A stretch of 35,115 bases of DNA from a bacterium (GTDB lineage: Bacteria; Patescibacteriota; Patescibacteriia; UBA9934). The notes under the pieces were generated by a model. The model had not been told where the DNA came from, ran no database searches, and saw only the letters and a program-made list of their open reading frames with translations. The stretch lies in assembly GCA_035438565.1 (NCBI GenBank), contig DAORIP010000001.1, positions 1 to 35,115 of the forward strand, written 5' to 3'. The position numbers and the translations under genes were made by a program. Positions 9,201 to 16,381 of the stretch are shown piece by piece. Within the stretch, counting starts at the first letter, position 1, and each line of letters opens with the position of its first letter.

Positions 9201-12200
9201 CGATAGCGCCAATAACTATCTCTGGATCATGGGGGATCAAACCATATTGGCTATCGATCCAGAAACCGGTAACACACTCAGAATTTTTGAAAATCCAGGA
9301 GCGGCAGATCCAGACTTTATCAACAGCGGAATCATGGTCGATACCGTCAATAACATTCTCATCGTCAATGAGATCCATGGCAATATTTATCGCTATGATA
9401 TTGCGGATGCCTATTTTACAACTACATACGCTTCTTCAGTTGGAGGTGGAGACGTTGTTTTTGACGCGGAAAATGATATCTGGGTGTTAGAAGCCGAAAT
9501 ACTTGAACCTGACAGCTTTGTCGGAATCGGAGCTTTTGCATTAGAGGAGGTTCGCTACGGCGTCACGCAGGATAACTATTACACCGTCATCACTGATACA
9601 GGCTCAGTAGTCGATTCTTCCGCCTGGACTGATCTTACTGATACAACCGTTACAGAAACTCTTGATTCTGGATTCATTTACTATTCCCTTGCCTTCGGCA
9701 CAGGATCAACCTATAGCGTTTTCACGGGTGGCGCCTGGCGAGATATAGCCTCATCCTCAAACGCTATTCACGGCGGAACTGACGGCGTTTGGTACTACCG
9801 TGACAATGCCAGCTCCTGGACCGCCGCTTCATCAAATAACGCCCAAACCGCCCTTTCTCAAGCCGCGGCCGCAGGGGCAAACAACCAGATGTCTGGCACC
9901 GCAGTAAATGCTTTGACCGCTGGAAATCTGGTCTCCGCTGGAGGCTGGGATGCGGCAGATGATCAGGTTCGTGTTGGCGCGACCTTCTTCTCCACTGACT
10001 ATAGAAATAACCCCGCCGTAGACAACTTTGCTTTCACGGCAACGGCCTCTGCAGTTCCGGGAATTACCGTTTCAGCAATCTCTGGAAATACAGCTGAGAT
10101 CGGGACTACCGCAACCTTCACCGTAGTACTTAACACACAGCCGACCGCCGACGTAACCATTACCCTTTCAAGCGACGACTCATCCGAAGGCACGCTTTCA
10201 ACTGCCAGCTTAACGTTTACTGATGCAAATTGGGATACCCCACAGACCGTTACGGTTACAGGTGTAGACGATTTCCTCGATGATGGAAATATCGCCTATC
10301 ATGCGGTCCTCAATGCCGCCACTTCAGCCGACGGCGACTACAACGGTATCAACCCCAGTGATGTCAATATCACAAACGTTGATAACGATACTGCCGGCTT
10401 CACTGTCTCCGCCATCTCCGGACACACTACTGAATCGGGTGGCACCGCGACATTTACCGTGGTCCTTACCGCACAACCAACAAACGACGTCACTACCGGA
10501 ATGACAAGCAACAATACCGATGAAGGTACAGTGAGCGCCGCTTCACTGACATTTACGAATGGCGATTGGGATACTCCGCAAACAGTCACCGTGACGGGCG
10601 TTGATGACGTTGTAATCGATGGGTCAGTTGGCTATACCATCGTGCTAGCTGCTGCGACCTCTGCCGACAGCGCCTTTAATGGCCTCAACCCTTCTGACGT
10701 GGCAGTGATCAACGATGACAACGATAGCCTCGGCGGTGGAGGTGGCGGATCGAGCACTCCTGACCCAATTCTTCCAATCAATACCAGTATCAACCTTGGT
10801 TCATGCTCAGCAACGCAAGTCATTTCAGTGACACTCCAGGGTACACACGTTGATGAGTATCTCTTGAGCGAAGATCCTGATTTTGTCGCCACAAGTTGGC
10901 TCACATTCACTCCGGACGTTCTTGGAGAAGATATCATGACGGTTTCATTTACCGTGAGCTCAGGTGATGGCGTCAAAACCCTCTATGCCAAATTCCGCAG
11001 CAGTACACTTGATCAGTCCGCCGTTGAATCCGACACCATCACGCTTGATGCCGCGAATGCCTGCGCCGATATTCCGCCTGAAGAACCACCGGTAGAAGAG
11101 GAACCGACCACCCCTCCAGAAGAAGAGCCGACACCCGTGGAACCCCCGGTCATTCCCAAGGTTTCAAACGCAACCATGAGCATCGCGACCGCGCTTTGTT
11201 CCGCCGCACCCATCATCCCAGAACCAACCATCCCCGTCCCTGCCGTGCCGATTGTGTCTACACCTATTCCGGTCGCAAGCTCGGAAACAGCAGTCCCAAC
11301 TATTCCAATGCCGGAACCGGAAGAAATCCCTGCAGAACCCGAGCTCCCAATCTCCCCAGAACCAGAAACTCCTTCAACGACTCCTAAGCCCACAACTCCA
11401 ACTACTCCCCCAACAAAACCAAGCACCACTTCACCGAACCCGATCGTCGATAGCGCTAGAATTGAAACTGTCCTCAAAACATTCAGCTTCCCGGTAGGTG
11501 TAGGCTTGGCAACCGGAGCTCTGACCCTGCTTGCGACCAGCTTCAACCTCTTCACCTATCTCTGGTATCTCTTCACATCCCCCATCCTCTTGTTTGGCAA
11601 AAAACGCCGCGAAGCCTACGGATTACTCTATAATTCTGTCACAAAAGTCCCGATTGGACTTGGTACAGTCCGAGCCTTTGACGCAGAGAATAACAAACTC
11701 CTCAAAACCCTTGTCAGCAGCCCAGAAGGCAAGTTCTTCTTCTCAGCCAAGCCAGGAACATACAAACTCCAGGCGCTTAAGAACGGTTTCTCCTTCCCTA
11801 GCCTCTTCCTTGCCAATGCTACGGATGATGGACTTCACCCAAATGTGTACCATGGAGACATGGTTACAGTGACACCTGAAAATCCATTTGTAGATGCACA
11901 CATCCCGCTTGACCCAACCGACGCTCCAAGTCACCACGCACCAATAAAATTCAAAGCAAAGAAACTCTTACGAGCTTTGCAATACGGTATTGGCAGCCTT
12001 GGACTGATCGCCTCCATCGTTGCGCTAGCACTGACGCCAAGCATCGCCGCCGGAATACTCGTAGGCCTTCAAGTAATCGTTATGGCCCTTATCCTGCGCC
12101 TTGCAAAAGCACAGAAGCCTAAGCAGCTTGGACGAGTCCACGATGCAAAAACGGGTCGACCACTAAATAATGTCATCGTCCGACTCTTCGAACCTCAGTA

Positions 12201-12390
12201 CAATAAACTCATCGAAACCGCAGTTACGAATAGCACCGGACAATACTGGTTTATCCTTGGTCCAAACGAGTACTACCTGAGCTACAGCAAGCCAGGATAT
12301 AAAGAAAAGATCGTAAAGCCAGTCGACACTCGTAAAGCAAAGGAACTCAGTGTTTACTCCCCCACTGTTGATCTCGAAGCTGAAACCTAA
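6229..12390 (+). CDS. Giant (2053 aa) membrane-anchored surface protein: beta-helix-like region, three Calx-beta-like modules, beta-propeller-like region, Pro-rich stalk, C-terminal TM helices with two CarboxypepD_reg-like domains
   Basis: Uninterrupted 6.2-kb ORF. It has an N-terminal signal anchor (FFGALIAIGIFATVLGW) and about 600 aa of degenerate G/T-rich repeats. Three copies of the module GGTATFTVVL...NW.TPQT.TVTGVDD are present. Blade-like repeats follow (SLWFAGDSGDIYEY, IWLGNLDG, IWITTNND, LWIMGDQ). A PEEPPVEEEPTTPPEEEP stalk spans 11068-11445. Hydrophobic helices and the strings GTVRAFDAENN...GKFFFSAKPGTYKL and GRVHDAKTGRPLNNVIVRLFE...STGQYWF are typical of carboxypeptidase-regulatory-like domains. 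Confidence 0.9.
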   Translation: MRKEFMRKLAGRKFFGALIAIGIFATVLGWNIFGVKGATYTWDNGGGDGLWSTCTNWTSNTCPGAFDIARFSPGTSDTSSTIDPAFAGSVNGILVEAGFTGTITQNRTLVIDSGGIEMYGGTLTGSADNITNAGSIYLENAVLTATSGTMTVNSIQLATGGTFNHNNGTVKFTPQFIGGFFATTAITFNNVEIAAQNNGVDIMASSGATTAIVLGSLTLTEGNIGADLTLDARGTITHTANFDGGLGTILVSAGAGDINAVSGGAFPAVTLSTARNLIMTAGTVTFDGAVTVEDGGTFDGSTGTTQISGSLVVSSGSTFGASTGTTFVGSTTTSFFETDAFTVAAGATFNPNGGTLEIGNRRNLTVDVDTSLTLENLNIDTFSGSYGVTITTGDTLVVAGQLLLDEGYVDGGTIEVQGTFSQQTTFGTFTSCGSTIIHVTAAITIAPPLSDSGSICFTGINLDNAGAIYDDTGAGNTAYFGGSIIITQGTFEATSATTYMAIDADFDLNGGTFHDNGGLFQFEGGTQYIYGGPTFTDLTILSDDITFESGTTLVVNGFFDMYNTASIMTVHSSTIGVQALIDFNGTTYSLYSLDVQDNQWVNASPASCVYQCTSSGNNTNWTFIKNIVVTDISGYTTEAGGTATFTVVLDQGPDANVTIGVSSSDTSEGTVSTALLTFTTLNWATPQTITVTGVDDLLDDEGVDYTIVLAAATSTDTAYSGVNARDISVRNLDNDNGADNVDFDFPTHYIEQTAAKTDLNGQVAQLTEDDFIATNQPIPLALGGTGDIVYNTADDSLWFAGDSGDIYEYVIDTDTLTSHASGGSSADNYYVTYDNEPTRSRVWMTHASDSEIVAFNNDGSVFGSFATNANPNRILFVNANDANAANDSIWLGNLDGTGIQSVTKYNAATGAPYITDLATSTFPLTDANLVNNVVTAITYDTNNDAIWITTNNDSGETVLVGLNQSTGAPLNGSLVNSTFVISPINPSEIEYDSANNYLWIMGDQTILAIDPETGNTLRIFENPGAADPDFINSGIMVDTVNNILIVNEIHGNIYRYDIADAYFTTTYASSVGGGDVVFDAENDIWVLEAEILEPDSFVGIGAFALEEVRYGVTQDNYYTVITDTGSVVDSSAWTDLTDTTVTETLDSGFIYYSLAFGTGSTYSVFTGGAWRDIASSSNAIHGGTDGVWYYRDNASSWTAASSNNAQTALSQAAAAGANNQMSGTAVNALTAGNLVSAGGWDAADDQVRVGATFFSTDYRNNPAVDNFAFTATASAVPGITVSAISGNTAEIGTTATFTVVLNTQPTADVTITLSSDDSSEGTLSTASLTFTDANWDTPQTVTVTGVDDFLDDGNIAYHAVLNAATSADGDYNGINPSDVNITNVDNDTAGFTVSAISGHTTESGGTATFTVVLTAQPTNDVTTGMTSNNTDEGTVSAASLTFTNGDWDTPQTVTVTGVDDVVIDGSVGYTIVLAAATSADSAFNGLNPSDVAVINDDNDSLGGGGGGSSTPDPILPINTSINLGSCSATQVISVTLQGTHVDEYLLSEDPDFVATSWLTFTPDVLGEDIMTVSFTVSSGDGVKTLYAKFRSSTLDQSAVESDTITLDAANACADIPPEEPPVEEEPTTPPEEEPTPVEPPVIPKVSNATMSIATALCSAAPIIPEPTIPVPAVPIVSTPIPVASSETAVPTIPMPEPEEIPAEPELPISPEPETPSTTPKPTTPTTPPTKPSTTSPNPIVDSARIETVLKTFSFPVGVGLATGALTLLATSFNLFTYLWYLFTSPILLFGKKRREAYGLLYNSVTKVPIGLGTVRAFDAENNKLLKTLVSSPEGKFFFSAKPGTYKLQALKNGFSFPSLFLANATDDGLHPNVYHGDMVTVTPENPFVDAHIPLDPTDAPSHHAPIKFKAKKLLRALQYGIGSLGLIASIVALALTPSIAAGILVGLQVIVMALILRLAKAQKPKQLGRVHDAKTGRPLNNVIVRLFEPQYNKLIETAVTNSTGQYWFILGPNEYYLSYSKPGYKEKIVKPVDTRKAKELSVYSPTVDLEAET
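8107..8436 (+). repeat. Calx-beta/cadherin-like module, copy 1 (coding repeat inside the giant ORF)
   Basis: VVTDISGYTTEAGGTATFTVVLDQGPDANVTIGVSSSDTSEGTVSTALLTFTTLNWATPQTITVTGVDDLLDDEGVDYTIVLAAATS...NLDND. It is clearly homologous to the two copies at 10060-10727 at the protein level and diverged at the DNA level. Confidence 0.7.
10060..10727 (+). repeat. Calx-beta/cadherin-like modules, copies 2 and 3 in tandem (10060-10395 and 10396-10727)
   Basis: The strings GITVSAISGNTAEIGTTATFTVVLNTQPTADVTITLSSDDSSEGT...NWDTPQTVTVTGVDDFLDDG...NVDNDTAG and FTVSAISGHTTESGGTATFTVVLTAQPTNDV...DWDTPQTVTVTGVDDVVIDG...INDDNDS. Confidence 0.7.
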
Positions 12391-12394
12391 TCAC

Positions 12395-13525
12395 ATGCAA
12401 ATCCATAACCCGCAAAAAGTAACTAAGTCTCAGGCAAGCTTAATTGCCTGGGGCTTAGCATTTGCGCTGCTTGGGTGTGTATGGGCTGGAACACCAAATA
12501 TCACGTTCGCCGCTCAAAATCTGGTCGCGAACTCGCGTGATATTCAGATTACACTGCAAGGTTCAAATATTACCGAATACTTAATCGCTGAAACACCAAA
12601 TTTCCTCAATACCTCATGGACGATATTCATTCCCGACGCTAGCCTTGGACTTGGTCCGGATGGTGAAAATATTGATGTCATGCACGTACCATTTACGTTA
12701 AGCGAGGGAGACGGCGAAAAGATCGTCTACATTAAATATCGAAACGTTGAAGGCGCGCAGTCTGAAGTCATGACAACGACGATTTCGCTCACTGAAGTGA
12801 ATAGTTGCGTTGAAAATCCCGAGGCCGTCACCGGCTGTGAAGGCCTCCCACTCATTCAGATGTCGGCCGCAGATCAAGCCAAGTACAGATTAGGCGTTTC
12901 TCCAATGACGGGAGACTTTGTTCCAACGAACCTGATCAATCCCGGAGATTATATTCGTGGCAGCGACAACACCACCGTGTACTGCGTCACAAGCCAGAGA
13001 ACGCGCCGTCCATTCATGGATGAAACTACATATTTTACCCAAAAATCTGCCTTCGCGCCGGTAAAGTGGGTTGAGTCAGCAACCTTAAGTGACTTCCCCC
13101 TCGACCCCCCAATGCTTCCGCATCAAGATGTTGTCTTCCTGAAGTTTGAAAGCGATGAGAACGTGTACTACTTCGTGCAGGACCCACTCGACCCAGCAAA
13201 GGGAATTCTGCACTGGGTGTCCACTGAAGAGCTTGCCGCCTACATCGCAGGACCAAATTGGGCAGATTACGTAATTGACCTAAATCCAACACTCACTGAA
13301 CGTTTCGTGTTCTCAGCGCCGTTCATTACGGTGGATGACGTTCTCGCGGCGCACATCAATGTCTCAACCTTCCGCGCACGCGAACTCCTCAATGAACAGT
13401 CAGCGAGCACCGCTGATTCAGGCGTTCAAAGTTCACTCCTTGAACAGGGCCAAGAGCTTTTACGTGCCGCCGGAAACTTTTTTAAAGACAAATATCGTCA
13501 ACTCACAGCGAGTATCCTCAAATAA
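12395..13525 (+). CDS. Secreted two-module protein sharing its N-module with the giant protein and both modules with the 20808-22043 ORF
   Basis: The ATG at 12395 lies 4 nt after the giant-gene stop; the track start at 12350 overlaps that gene. Signal peptide ASLIAWGLAFALLGCVWAGTPNITFA. The N-module is IQITLQGSNITEYLIAETPNF...SEGDGEKIVYIKYRN. The C-module is GDYIRGSDNTTVYCVTSQRTRRPF...NWADYVIDLNPT. Confidence 0.8.
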   Translation: MQIHNPQKVTKSQASLIAWGLAFALLGCVWAGTPNITFAAQNLVANSRDIQITLQGSNITEYLIAETPNFLNTSWTIFIPDASLGLGPDGENIDVMHVPFTLSEGDGEKIVYIKYRNVEGAQSEVMTTTISLTEVNSCVENPEAVTGCEGLPLIQMSAADQAKYRLGVSPMTGDFVPTNLINPGDYIRGSDNTTVYCVTSQRTRRPFMDETTYFTQKSAFAPVKWVESATLSDFPLDPPMLPHQDVVFLKFESDENVYYFVQDPLDPAKGILHWVSTEELAAYIAGPNWADYVIDLNPTLTERFVFSAPFITVDDVLAAHINVSTFRARELLNEQSASTADSGVQSSLLEQGQELLRAAGNFFKDKYRQLTASILK

Positions 13526-13529
13526 CAAA

Positions 13530-13566
13530 ACGCCCTGGTCTCTGACCAGGGCGTACGTTTTTTTTA
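13530..13566. terminator. Bidirectional rho-independent terminator between convergent transcription units
   Basis: 11-bp stem ACGCCCTGGTC (13530-13540) / GACCAGGGCGT (13544-13554). It is followed by an 8-T run on the plus strand and by TTTGTTATT on the minus strand. Confidence 0.75.
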
Positions 13567-13575
13567 ACGGGCCGT

Positions 13576-13749
13576 TCACCAACCCGCCGCTTCAACGAAC
13601 CTGATGTTCGCCAAGCAAGCTTCCCGGCTCACGTCCTTCTGCTGCGCACAAGCGCGCTCCGGATCGTAAGCCCACCTGGAGCTCACGTAGATCCACACGA
13701 TCGGCATGATCACGATCCCAATCACGATTCCTGCCACCAAACGACGCAT
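13576..13749 (-). CDS. Small single-pass membrane protein, 57 aa (below the ORF-track cutoff)
   Basis: My translation is MRRLVAGIVIGIVIMPIVWIYVSSRWAYDPERACAQQKDVSREACLANIRFVEAAGW. GGGGAGG lies 4 nt upstream of the ATG. It sits 19 nt downstream of the topoisomerase IB stop and just before the terminator. Confidence 0.55.
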   Translation of the reverse strand: MRRLVAGIVIGIVIMPIVWIYVSSRWAYDPERACAQQKDVSREACLANIRFVEAAGW

Positions 13750-13768
13750 AACACCTCCCCGAAAAAAA

Positions 13769-14776
13769 CTACCATTTTTCTAAAAGATTTACAAATTCAA
13801 GCTCATCGTGATGAAGGCCCGAATAACGTCGGCGCGCCTGACGAAGCGAGTGCGAAAAATGTAAATCCCCGGATACATACAGCTCAAAAAGTTTTGGGTG
13901 AATGTAGCATTTTCGACACACCGCCGCAGTATTTCCAAGCGCCGTAGCCGCAACCTTAACAGCGCGATTCACCTCGCGTTTTCTTGCTGGTAACGTATCT
14001 GGAAGCGGGGTATGTGCTAACGCATGCGCCGCGAGCACGCTCCCGTGCCAGGTTCGAAAATCTTTAGCGGTAATTTCAAGTTCAGTCAGTGTTTGTAAGT
14101 ACGTATTCACGTCTTCTGATCGGACTTGGTGAATATCGCCACGATCATCTTCAAACGCAAAGAGTTCTTGGCCAGGCAAATCCTGACACGCAGCCACAAT
14201 CTTACGAATGCGCGGATCCTCAAGTGGCACATCATGGGCTACACCGCTTTTCCCGCGAAATACCAAATGCATACGCACTCCCTTGCCTCGTAAATGACGG
14301 TGCAAGAGTGTGGTCAGTCCGTACGAATGATTTTCGCGAGCATACTCCTCATTCCCAATACGAACATAGGTGGTATCGAGCAGCCTTACAACAGCTGCGA
14401 TCACCTTTTCTTTGGGCATACCGCGTAAACGCAAATCGCGCGCAACGTGCCGACGAATTTTTCCGATTACAAGCGCGAAGGGCAAAAGATGCTCAAACTT
14501 GGTTGCGTCCCGGTGCGCATTCCATGCCGGATGATAAAAATACTGTTTTCTTCCCCGATGGTCTTTTGCGGTTGCCTGAAGATGGCCGAGCACATCCGCA
14601 CTAATCCAAACTGCAGTGTAAGCAGGAGGAATACCGATACTCTCACAGCGTTTTAAAATTCTGGAATTTGTAATAACACGGTCACGAAGATCAAAGAATA
14701 CAAAACGTTCGCCTACGCGTTTACGTGTGAATCCAGGAACATCATCATGCGTATGATGCAAGCGCACTTTTGTCAT
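13769..14776 (-). CDS. DNA topoisomerase IB (poxvirus-like bacterial type)
   Basis: 335 aa with family strings GIPPAYTAVWIS, KDHRGRKQYFYHPAW, FRGKSGV, AKDFRTWHGS and the active-site Tyr context CRKCYIHP. The Shine-Dalgarno sequence GGGGAGAG lies 4 nt upstream of the ATG. Confidence 0.9.
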   Translation of the reverse strand: MTKVRLHHTHDDVPGFTRKRVGERFVFFDLRDRVITNSRILKRCESIGIPPAYTAVWISADVLGHLQATAKDHRGRKQYFYHPAWNAHRDATKFEHLLPFALVIGKIRRHVARDLRLRGMPKEKVIAAVVRLLDTTYVRIGNEEYARENHSYGLTTLLHRHLRGKGVRMHLVFRGKSGVAHDVPLEDPRIRKIVAACQDLPGQELFAFEDDRGDIHQVRSEDVNTYLQTLTELEITAKDFRTWHGSVLAAHALAHTPLPDTLPARKREVNRAVKVAATALGNTAAVCRKCYIHPKLFELYVSGDLHFSHSLRQARRRYSGLHHDELEFVNLLEKW

Positions 14777-14803
14777 AAAACTCTCCCCATTGTACCTGAT
14801 GAA

Positions 14804-15553
14804 CTATACTCGCCGGAGAAATGCCCAACCAAAATAACTGAGTAAAATAAAACCGATCAAACTTGGCAAGACAAAACTGAAACCCAAAACAATTCCAGAC
14901 CAAAAAGCCACAGAAAAGACACCACTTATCGCCACCAAGCGCGTATCTAGGCCTGGTAGCCACTTCTGAACCACATACACCCCAAGGCTTCCTGAAAGAC
15001 ACCAACCAAGGTAATTACTGAGTGGCACCGCGTAATAGATTCCACCGTGCGTCCAAGTCCAAAACCCCAGAGCCACAGCGCCTGGGTCAAGGATCGCATC
15101 CATAGCCACAAGCAACAGTACTGCGATTACACCCGTCCCGAGCCAAGACCGATGCAAACGTCGTGCGGCAATAACGGCCGTCAGTACAAGCGGTGGCCAT
15201 GCCAGCGTCAGTGTCCACGGTACAACTCCAAAGAGCCGATAACCCAGGGCTCCATGGTACGCAAAACTGCCGTATGGGATGCCAGTTTTAATCGCAGCGG
15301 TCTCAATCGCAAGACCAAGGCACGCTAAACCAAAATAGGCCAATACTCCGCGCCAACGATAAGCTTGAAATAAACCTACAACTGCGGGGGCGGCCAAAAT
15401 AAGCATTCCAACGCCAGAAACAAATGGTTGCGCAGGCTCCACCTGAGACACCACAAACCCAAATCCTAAAAAGATACACAAACCAGTGCCTACAACCGTA
15501 AAAAGTGACCACACGCCTTGTTTTTGTGCAAATTCAGCTATACTGTCGAACAT
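14804..15553 (-). CDS. cruF: Carotenoid biosynthesis membrane protein, CruF-like (Caroten_synth/DUF422 family; carotenoid 1,2-hydratase type)
   Basis: 249 aa and polytopic. The strings LAIETAAIKTGIPYGSFAYHGALGYRLFGVVPWTLTLAW and DPGAVALGFWTWTHGGIYYAVPLSNYLGW fit the E..G..TG.P[FY]G.Y.Y / VP..N..GW signature of the family. Its genomic context is carotenoid genes. Confidence 0.7.
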   Translation of the reverse strand: MFDSIAEFAQKQGVWSLFTVVGTGLCIFLGFGFVVSQVEPAQPFVSGVGMLILAAPAVVGLFQAYRWRGVLAYFGLACLGLAIETAAIKTGIPYGSFAYHGALGYRLFGVVPWTLTLAWPPLVLTAVIAARRLHRSWLGTGVIAVLLLVAMDAILDPGAVALGFWTWTHGGIYYAVPLSNYLGWCLSGSLGVYVVQKWLPGLDTRLVAISGVFSVAFWSGIVLGFSFVLPSLIGFILLSYFGWAFLRRV

Positions 15554-16381
15554 ATGTTCATGTTTTTGAAAACCTCTCGTCCTCGTTTCTGGATTTATTT
15601 ACTTGGACCTTTTGCGGTAGGTGCAGCAGCAGCCACTCATGAGCTGACACAGGCACCTCAGCTTGCCGCCATTCTTTTAGGTCTTTTCTTTGCATATCCT
15701 GCCAATCTTTTCATCTACGGAATTAACGATGTTTTCGATTTTGAAACTGACAAACAAAATGAGAAAAAACTTGGCTACGAGCAAGTACTCGAACCCAGAC
15801 AGCATACCAAGATTTTGACTACAATCGCCGTGGCATGCCTGCCCTGGCTTGTACTTATTCCATTTCTTCCGTTGGCAGCCATCATCTCAACAGGAGCATG
15901 TTTATTTTTGGGGTTCATCTACTCCGCGCCACCAATTCGCGCCAAAATTCACCCTGGCCTTGATTCACTCACAAACATTCTCTACATCATGCCTGGCCTT
16001 GCGGGCTTCTATGCCTTTGGCGGTATACAACCACCCATCTTCCTTGTGGGAGCAGCTATGCTTTGGTCTATGGCAATGCACGCCTACTCCGCAGTACCTG
16101 ACATTGAAGCCGATACCCAGGCGAAGTTTCAAACGATTGCCACAATCCTTGGCGGTTACGGAACCCTCGTTTTGTGCGCCATCTTCTATCTCACCGCTGG
16201 AACACTTCTTGGTCTCACCTCCCCGCTTGTTGGAGCTATCGGAGCAGGTGTCTACGGAAGCCTCATGATTATCTCGATTATCGCTTACAAACGCGGATCA
16301 ATTCTCAGTGTGTACAAAGCCTTCCCGTACATCAATACACTCATGGGGGCATGGCTGTTTTTCGTCGCCCTACTTCAGTGA
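15554..16381 (+). CDS. UbiA-family prenyltransferase, lycopene-elongase-like (LyeJ/CrtEb type) by context
   Basis: Asp-rich motifs NDVFDFETDKQN and VPDIEADTQAKFQT, with about 8 TM helices. The track start at 15518 is a TTG inside cruF; the ATG at 15554 (or 15560) gives MFMFLKTSRPRFW. It is flanked by the cruF-like and crtI genes. Confidence 0.75.
   Translation: MFMFLKTSRPRFWIYLLGPFAVGAAAATHELTQAPQLAAILLGLFFAYPANLFIYGINDVFDFETDKQNEKKLGYEQVLEPRQHTKILTTIAVACLPWLVLIPFLPLAAIISTGACLFLGFIYSAPPIRAKIHPGLDSLTNILYIMPGLAGFYAFGGIQPPIFLVGAAMLWSMAMHAYSAVPDIEADTQAKFQTIATILGGYGTLVLCAIFYLTAGTLLGLTSPLVGAIGAGVYGSLMIISIIAYKRGSILSVYKAFPYINTLMGAWLFFVALLQ

Noticed and set aside
14089-14604. 171-aa plus-strand ORF
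   Set aside because: It lies antisense to the well-supported topoisomerase IB gene. It is Arg/His-rich with no motifs.
15849-16268. 139-aa alternative-frame ORF within the UbiA gene
   Set aside because: It lies on the same strand as the UbiA gene but out of frame. The UbiA frame carries both Asp-rich motifs and TM helices.
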